Shown: in pieces, positions 58,238-64,000 of the stretch | Layout: each line of letters opens with the position of its first letter | Numbering within the stretch: the first letter of the stretch is position 1 | Source of the DNA: an uncultured Clostridia bacterium | GTDB lineage: Bacteria; Bacillota; Clostridia; Christensenellales; UBA1242 | Direction: 5' to 3' | DNA: 64,000 bases | Assembly (NCBI GenBank): GCA_944383245.1 | Contig: CALWOU010000002.1 | Coordinates: 6,417 to 70,416, forward strand | The notes under the pieces: generated by a model | What the model was told of the DNA's origin: nothing | What the model saw: only the letters and a program-made list of their open reading frames with translations | The model's database searches: none | Translations under genes and position numbers: made by a program

Positions 58238-58903
58238 ATGGAATATTTTAGTTTGTTAAAATCTACCAAAATTTTTTCTGACGCGAACGAATTTGAGTGC
58301 CAAGCGATGATGTTTTGTTTCAAAACTAGGTTCAAATCATTTGACAAAAATGAAAAAATCATTACAGAGGGCGACTCGGTTAGTGACGTGTGTTTAATAT
58401 TAAAAGGAAGCGCAAACATCTTAAATGAAGATGATTTGGGCAATATTTCTATTATTAGTAGAGTTGGTTTTGGAGAGGTGTTTGGTCTTGAAGAATTGAA
58501 CAATAAAATGGAGTGCTTCAAAAATAATTTGGTGGCAAAAGAGAAATGTTTGGTTATGTTTATGAATGCACACAGGCTAATGAATATGTGCGAAAATAAA
58601 TGTAAGCGCCACGAACTAATTATAAAAAATCTGATGAGTATGCTACTAGATAACAATAAAATTTTGTTGGAGAAGTTAAATATATTATCTAAAAAGAGCA
58701 CACGAGAAAAACTTCTTGCCTATTTTAAGTTGTGCGCTGAAAAAAATGATAATACATATTTTGAAATCCCTTTTAATAAAACCGAACTAGCAAATTATCT
58801 ATCAGTTGATAGAAGTGCGATGTCTACCGAACTAAACAAACTAAAGTCAGAAGGAATTATTGATTTCGATAAAAAACAATACCACCTAAAAAAATCGCAA
58901 TAA
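58238..58903 (+). CDS. Crp/Fnr-family transcriptional regulator
   Basis: N-terminal cNMP-binding-like beta-roll (GEVFGLEEL) and a C-terminal HTH (ELANYLSVDRSAMSTELNKLKSEGII). Confidence 0.85.
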   Translation: MEYFSLLKSTKIFSDANEFECQAMMFCFKTRFKSFDKNEKIITEGDSVSDVCLILKGSANILNEDDLGNISIISRVGFGEVFGLEELNNKMECFKNNLVAKEKCLVMFMNAHRLMNMCENKCKRHELIIKNLMSMLLDNNKILLEKLNILSKKSTREKLLAYFKLCAEKNDNTYFEIPFNKTELANYLSVDRSAMSTELNKLKSEGIIDFDKKQYHLKKSQ

Positions 58904-59019
58904 GTATTAATACCATTTCTTACGCGACTATAATTTTATAGATGATTAAATAATTTGTATTACTAATATAAAAATAATCTGTTTGTTTATATTAAAAATG
59001 TTAAGTTTTTATACGATTT

Positions 59020-60165
59020 CTAATTAATTAAACCATCATCTTTTAGTTTTTTAATGCTATTTTTATGTAGTTCATGATCTGATAATAAATCTATAAATTT
59101 ATTGTTCCATTTAGTGACCGTCTTATCAAACAGATTAGAAGAAAAAATTTTAGCAACGCCATTTTTAATCGCATATTGCCAATCATTTTTATTTGTGTAA
59201 GGTTCTTCTAATTGCATTATTTTTTTATAAATGTCTTGCGCTTGAATATTCCAAACTTCATAGGTAACAAGCCGGAATTCTTTTCTTTTAAAAGTACGTG
59301 CAATGTTAATAATTTTAAATAATGCATTAGTACCTATGCCTCTTCTACGATATTTTGGCAAAATGGCAAACCAATTAAGCCAAATAACATTTGGATACTG
59401 CTTAAGTTCGTATAAACCTATTATTCCAACAATCTTTTTGTGATATTTAATCACAAAAGATAATTGCAAGTTATTAGTAATACCTTTTTCTCTTTGTTCA
59501 ACTTCTTTTAAATAATCACAATAACCACACCAATTCTTTTTAAAAATTTGATATTGAATAATACTCGCAGTTTTTAAATTTTTTTTATTAAGTAGTTCCA
59601 ATTTTATATTAGGCACTTTTCTGCCTTTTGAATAAATATTTGGCGTGTAATAAATTTTTCCGTTTAAAGAACCTGTTAAATATTTTGCATCTAATCTTTC
59701 AATGCAAAATTTAACGCCATCCACACTAACGCAGTCAATAACAGTATCGCTAATAACAACCCCCTGTTTTTTTAATTTTTTCAGTTTTTTATCAAAACCT
59801 TTTTTTAAATAAATAATTGCGTTAGTGTCACGATGCTCTTTTGCTATTGCAATTGACATAAACAAACATTTATTGCCTTCATTTTTTTTAAATGGTAAAA
59901 TATCTTTATCATTTAGTTTGTAATCTTTCATCTTACCTTGGATAAATTTACTAAAACAATCATCAGTAATGCGTATGAAATTTATGTATCCTATCAATTT
60001 ATTATTATATAATAAAAATGTGTAGATTTGATTATTAATCTTAAGCCAACTTTTACACAAATCAAAATCACCAATATCCAATTTGCTAAAAACTTGTTTA
60101 TCCAACTCTAAAGCCTGTTTTAACAATTCGTCTGTAACATCATAAACAATTTTGTATCTTTTCAT
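59020..60165 (-). CDS. Protein with two GNAT acetyltransferase-like halves
   Basis: The C-terminal half has the acetyl-CoA loop-like PKYRRRGIGTNALF. The N-terminal half has a GNAT-like beta/alpha pattern. The preferred ATG is at 60165; the track ORF starts at a TTG at 60183. Confidence 0.7.
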   Translation of the reverse strand: MKRYKIVYDVTDELLKQALELDKQVFSKLDIGDFDLCKSWLKINNQIYTFLLYNNKLIGYINFIRITDDCFSKFIQGKMKDYKLNDKDILPFKKNEGNKCLFMSIAIAKEHRDTNAIIYLKKGFDKKLKKLKKQGVVISDTVIDCVSVDGVKFCIERLDAKYLTGSLNGKIYYTPNIYSKGRKVPNIKLELLNKKNLKTASIIQYQIFKKNWCGYCDYLKEVEQREKGITNNLQLSFVIKYHKKIVGIIGLYELKQYPNVIWLNWFAILPKYRRRGIGTNALFKIINIARTFKRKEFRLVTYEVWNIQAQDIYKKIMQLEEPYTNKNDWQYAIKNGVAKIFSSNLFDKTVTKWNNKFIDLLSDHELHKNSIKKLKDDGLIN

Positions 60166-60171
60166 AACGAA

Positions 60172-60199
60172 AGTATAACACAAAATTTTGTTATTTCAA
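60172..60199 (-). promoter_or_regulatory. Promoter giving a probably leaderless mRNA for the GNAT gene
   Basis: On the minus strand the elements are TTGAAA, a 16-nt spacer and TGTTATACT (extended -10). The -10 ends 6 nt before the ATG, and there is no SD. Confidence 0.45.
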
Positions 60200-60342
60200 A
60201 TTAAATATTATAAAAATTAACATTTTATTTCATTGTTTAACATTATATATTAAAATAAAACAATTATTTAAAATAAGTATGATTATTAAAAGAAAAGAAA
60301 GTAAAATAATTATCGACAAAGAAATTCAGTGGTTAACATTTT

Positions 60343-61188
60343 TTATTTTTCTTTACCGAAGAAGAATAGGGCGATTAAGCCGGGACCTGTGTGGCAACCG
60401 ATAACTTGAGTTAGGTCGGTAATGATTGGTTCAACTCCAATTTCTTGCTTTAACATTTCTGCCACGCGCCTAGCGTCTTCACTTGCCACGGCGTGTGCGA
60501 TGTAAACATATTTAGTGTCGGCAATTTTTTCTTTGCAAATTTTAACAATTTCGCTTAGCGCCTTTCTTCTTGAAATAACCTTTTTATATGCAACCAGATG
60601 ACCTGTTTCATCCACTCTTAACACAGGTTTAATGTTAAGCAAAGTTCCAAGCATTCCACTAACTTTGCTAAGCCTTCCACCGCGAACAAGGTATTTTAAT
60701 TGGTCAACAGTGAAATAACTGCAAGCATAAGGAATTAAATCTTCAATTTCTTTTGCCACCTCGTCGATATTTTTGCCCTCTTTCATAAGGTCGTGTGCTT
60801 TTAAAACGAGCAAACCTTCGCCAACCGACGCGTTTAGTGAGTCAATCACCACAATTTTATTTTTGTGCGTCGCGTTTAACTCTTCTGCCACGCGTTTCAT
60901 TGTTGCAGTACTTCCAGATAATGCACTTGAAAAACCGATGTGCAACACATCTTCGCCCGTTTCAATAAGGCGCGATAAATATTCGCGTGCGCTAAACTCA
61001 TTTATTTGCGCGGTTGTTGGAACGGCTCCTTCACGCATTTTTTGGTAATAGTCCTCAATAGGCAGACGCTTATCTAAATCGTCATAAACCTCGTTGTTTA
61101 AATTAATTTGCATTGGTATCATATTTATATTAAGTTCTTCGTAATACTCTTTTGGTAAATTTGCTGTTGAATCTGTGCTTAAAATCAT
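60343..61188 (-). CDS. DegV-family fatty-acid-binding protein
   Basis: The typical pattern is ILSTDSTANLP...INMIPMQI...GSTATM. Confidence 0.88.
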   Translation of the reverse strand: MILSTDSTANLPKEYYEELNINMIPMQINLNNEVYDDLDKRLPIEDYYQKMREGAVPTTAQINEFSAREYLSRLIETGEDVLHIGFSSALSGSTATMKRVAEELNATHKNKIVVIDSLNASVGEGLLVLKAHDLMKEGKNIDEVAKEIEDLIPYACSYFTVDQLKYLVRGGRLSKVSGMLGTLLNIKPVLRVDETGHLVAYKKVISRRKALSEIVKICKEKIADTKYVYIAHAVASEDARRVAEMLKQEIGVEPIITDLTQVIGCHTGPGLIALFFFGKEK

Positions 61189-62468
61189 AATCTCTCCTTA
61201 TTTTTTAAAATTACAACTGTTTCCACAGCTTTTGTGTTTGGAAACATATCAAATGGTATAATTTTTTCAATACTAAAATAATCTTTTAAATAATTTAAAT
61301 CTTTTGCAAGTGCTATTGGATTGCAAGAAATGTAAATTATCTTTTTTGCGTGAGTTATTTTTTCTAAAATAGACTTTCCTAATCCTTTTTTAGACGGGTC
61401 TAACACAAGTGTGTCATACTTAGTAATCTTTTCAATTTCTTTGTTGAAATCACCTAATATGTTAGTTAAATTTTCTATTTTATTGTCCTTTTTTAACTTT
61501 TGTGCGCTAAGATGTGAACTTTTGTCAATCTCAATACCATAAACGTGTTTTGCTTTTGATGAAATTATTCCACTAAGTAGCCCCGCGCCAGAAAATCCGT
61601 TAACAACAATTTCATTCGGACTAATGTATTCTAGCACGCACTGATAAATTTTGTTTTGAATATCTATGTTTGTTTGATGAAAACCAATTAAATCTACAAA
61701 ATAAGTCAAACCAAAATTATATATTTCAATATCTTTAATTCCTGCAACAAAGTAAACTTTGCCTTTTAACACAACGCTATCGCGCCTAGTGTTAACGATT
61801 TGATATAAGCCAAACTTTTTTGTTTGTAATATGCCTAAATTAGAATTGTCCAACAATATATTATATAATGAATTTATATTAATATGCTTGTTTGTTACCA
61901 CCCCTATTAAAATTTGACTATTAAGTTCGCGCACCACCAAATGCTTTATAAAACTTTCAAGATTGTTTTGTTTTATATACTGATTAAAAATAGCAAAAAC
62001 TTCGTTTATTGCTTGCGTGCAAATTTTGCATTCGTCAATATCAACAATTTCGTGCGAATTGGTTTTATAAAATCCTGCGTGCATACCTCGATAGTTAAAA
62101 CTTGCTTTGTTTCGATAATTGTATTGATTATTGCAAGCAACCGTGTTTTCCACAAAGCAATCAATTCCAGCTATTTTTTTAATTGTTTTTCTAATTAGTT
62201 CAGTTTTAAATTCAAGTTGAAGAGGGTAGCACATATGTTGAAGATTGCACCCTCCACAAATATAAAAGTATTTGCAAGGTGGATTAACTCTTTTATTAGA
62301 CGCAGATAAAATTTCACTTGCGCGCGCTAGCATATAATTTTTGTGATCTTTAACAATTTCAACCTCTGCGCTTTCACTTGGAAGAGTAAAATCCACAAGT
62401 GTTACTTTCCCGTCAATTTTTCCAACACCTTCGCCATTCATTCCAAGGTCAATAATATCAATACGCAC
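61185..62468 (-). CDS. RumA/TrmA-type RNA (uracil-5-)-methyltransferase
   Basis: N-terminal TRAM-like domain (DLGMNGEGVGKIDGK), Fe-S Cys cluster (CKYFYICGGCNLQH) and SAM motif FSGAGLLSG, with a C-terminal catalytic-Cys region (YISCNP). Confidence 0.85.
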   Translation of the reverse strand: MRIDIIDLGMNGEGVGKIDGKVTLVDFTLPSESAEVEIVKDHKNYMLARASEILSASNKRVNPPCKYFYICGGCNLQHMCYPLQLEFKTELIRKTIKKIAGIDCFVENTVACNNQYNYRNKASFNYRGMHAGFYKTNSHEIVDIDECKICTQAINEVFAIFNQYIKQNNLESFIKHLVVRELNSQILIGVVTNKHININSLYNILLDNSNLGILQTKKFGLYQIVNTRRDSVVLKGKVYFVAGIKDIEIYNFGLTYFVDLIGFHQTNIDIQNKIYQCVLEYISPNEIVVNGFSGAGLLSGIISSKAKHVYGIEIDKSSHLSAQKLKKDNKIENLTNILGDFNKEIEKITKYDTLVLDPSKKGLGKSILEKITHAKKIIYISCNPIALAKDLNYLKDYFSIEKIIPFDMFPNTKAVETVVILKNKERL

Positions 62469-63039
62469 GTGTAATGTAACCTCTCACTCCATTTTTTATT
62501 AAAATTGCAAGGAAAGAACTCATCTCATCTAGCGAGCATTTAATATTTCCTTTAAACCAATCAATGTAAGCATCCAAAACTCCGCCAACAATGTACTGCA
62601 CCACAATTTTAAATTTTTCATAATTGGAAACATATTTTATTATTTGAAAATTATTTGATATCGACTCTAAAATACTAACCTTGATTCTATCCATAAGGTT
62701 AGAGTTTTCGCTTGCGTTTATAACGAGCTTAAAATATTCTAAATCTTTAGATAAAATTTCGTTTAGTTTGTTTAGTATGATTTCAGGTGTCATACTCAAA
62801 TCAGTTTGCCTAAAATCAATTTCCATAGGGTGAAAACGAGTGGCAAGTTCATCGTCGATATACTTTTCAACCTCTTTTAAATTTTTAAAATGAAGATAAA
62901 AAGTGCCTCTGTTAATCTTTGCCTTTTCCACCACGTCGGTTACCGAAAATTTACCCTTTTTCTCAATGCAAAGGGCAAGATATGTGCTTGAAATTTTCAT
63001 TTTAGTTTGAATTGCGTTTTTGTATTCAGCCTTAATCAT
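62458..63039 (-). CDS. TetR-family transcriptional regulator
   Basis: N-terminal HTH with a GTFYLHFKNLKEV-type signature. Confidence 0.8.
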   Translation of the reverse strand: MIKAEYKNAIQTKMKISSTYLALCIEKKGKFSVTDVVEKAKINRGTFYLHFKNLKEVEKYIDDELATRFHPMEIDFRQTDLSMTPEIILNKLNEILSKDLEYFKLVINASENSNLMDRIKVSILESISNNFQIIKYVSNYEKFKIVVQYIVGGVLDAYIDWFKGNIKCSLDEMSSFLAILIKNGVRGYITRAY

Positions 63040-63198
63040 AGTGCAAGTATATTAAAAATAAACACATTTGTCAAATAATGTTGAGCATTTTTTGAAATTT
63101 TTTAAAAAAGTTTTGTAAATTATTTTGTTTTAGTTGTGAAAAATTTAATTATACATTATAATAATCATAAACAAATGTTTATTATTGTTTTTAATTAG

Positions 63199-63459
63199 AT
63201 GATGAATTACAATGAGAAAATAAAAAAGTATAATAGGTTAATAAACATAATGTGTTGGTGCGCCACGACATTCTGTTTGCTTGAAGCGATCATTATGTTT
63301 GTTGATATTGGTACTAATTTTAGGCAAACTTTACCTGTGTTGTATTTTACTTTACTTTTAATAGTTGTGTTTGCAATTTTGGTTTTTGTAACAATTGAAA
63401 TTGTGTTTGTTGTTCGATTAAAAAAACTAAAAAACAAAATAAATAAAGAAGAAAAATAA
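63199..63459 (+). CDS. Small membrane protein (two TM helices)
   Basis: 86-aa ORF with two hydrophobic segments and a basic C-terminus. Confidence 0.55.
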   Translation: MMNYNEKIKKYNRLINIMCWCATTFCLLEAIIMFVDIGTNFRQTLPVLYFTLLLIVVFAILVFVTIEIVFVVRLKKLKNKINKEEK

Positions 63460-63468
63460 GGAGAAAAT

Positions 63469-64000
63469 ATGAAAAAAATTGGTTTAGTTGTTGATAATTC
63501 TGGAAGCCTAACACCTGAAGAAATTGAAAAAATTAGGATTGATAAAATTATTCCTATTTCTTTTATTGTAAACGGCGAAGAATATTACGAAAATGTTAAT
63601 ATGTCTTATGAAGAATTTTATAAGTATTTAACAGATAAGAAAACAGAAGTTGGCACTGCTCAGCCAAGCATTGAAATTGTAAAAGATGGCTGGAGAGAAG
63701 TGTTAAAAACTTATGACGAATTGGTCTACATATTGCTATCAAGCGGGCTTAGTGAATCGTGCAACACTGCAATCAACGCAAGCCACGAAGAGGAGTTTGA
63801 GGGTAGAGTTTTTGTCGTAAACAATCAGCGCGTTGCATATATGAATAAAATGGCTATAATGGAAGCGCGTTACATGATTGACCACGGCAAAAGCGGAAAG
63901 GAAATAAAAGATTATCTTGAAAAAACGCGCTCAGAGTGCGGAGTTTATATCGCGGTGGACACTCTTAAATATTTAAAGAAAGGTGGGCGCGTTACTCCTG
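63469..64000 (+). CDS. DegV-family protein, 3' end outside the window
   Basis: The ATG at 63469 follows AAGGAG. My translation is MKKIGLVVDNSGSLTPEEIEKIRIDKIIPISFIVNGEEY...GTAQPS, a DegV pattern. The frame is open to the window end. Confidence 0.85.
   Translation, partial: MKKIGLVVDNSGSLTPEEIEKIRIDKIIPISFIVNGEEYYENVNMSYEEFYKYLTDKKTEVGTAQPSIEIVKDGWREVLKTYDELVYILLSSGLSESCNTAINASHEEEFEGRVFVVNNQRVAYMNKMAIMEARYMIDHGKSGKEIKDYLEKTRSECGVYIAVDTLKYLKKGGRVTP

Overview
The window is a very low-GC bacterial chromosome segment. Intergenic spacers are almost pure A/T. The standard genetic code applies, since TGA is used as a stop. Gene content looks Bacillota-like. All family calls below come from motifs I could read in the supplied translations; no database search was possible.

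Most of the window is housekeeping:
- Division and turnover: ftsK, pnp, trxB, prfB (no frameshift), mscL, lepB.
- Translation: glnS, rpsF-ssb-rpsR, typA, dtd, metG.
- Nucleotide and DNA functions: rdgB, hup, dnaB, gyrB-gyrA-radC, nrdD-nrdG.
- Other: a Crp/Fnr regulator and a tetR-rumA-like-degV operon.

Accessory or unusual content:
1. A 5.1-kb integrase-bearing islet sits in the 3' end of tRNA-Glu, bounded by a perfect 25-bp direct repeat. It carries an XRE/operator switch, a gene split by an in-frame stop, and a 595-nt highly structured non-coding block.
2. Upstream of dnaB there is a family of three GC-rich repeats. Two copies have a 13-bp stem with fully different sequence but identical geometry. 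They accompany a diverged duplicate of the dnaB ribosome-binding site and first 14 codons (4 differences, all synonymous).
3. A 33-bp tandem repeat (3.5 units) lies between a COG1373-type ATPase gene and the rpsF operon.
4. A gene of about 2030 codons for a surface protein is start/stop-coupled to trxB.
5. An accessory stretch lies between dtd and gyrB. It holds a methyltransferase-like gene, an S41-peptidase-like gene, two possible ADP-ribosyltransferase-like ORFs, an M16 peptidase remnant, a duplicated 30-bp promoter and a leaderless transcript.
6. A NADAR-like two-gene islet is present.

No rRNA genes, CRISPR array or recognisable complete defence system was seen.
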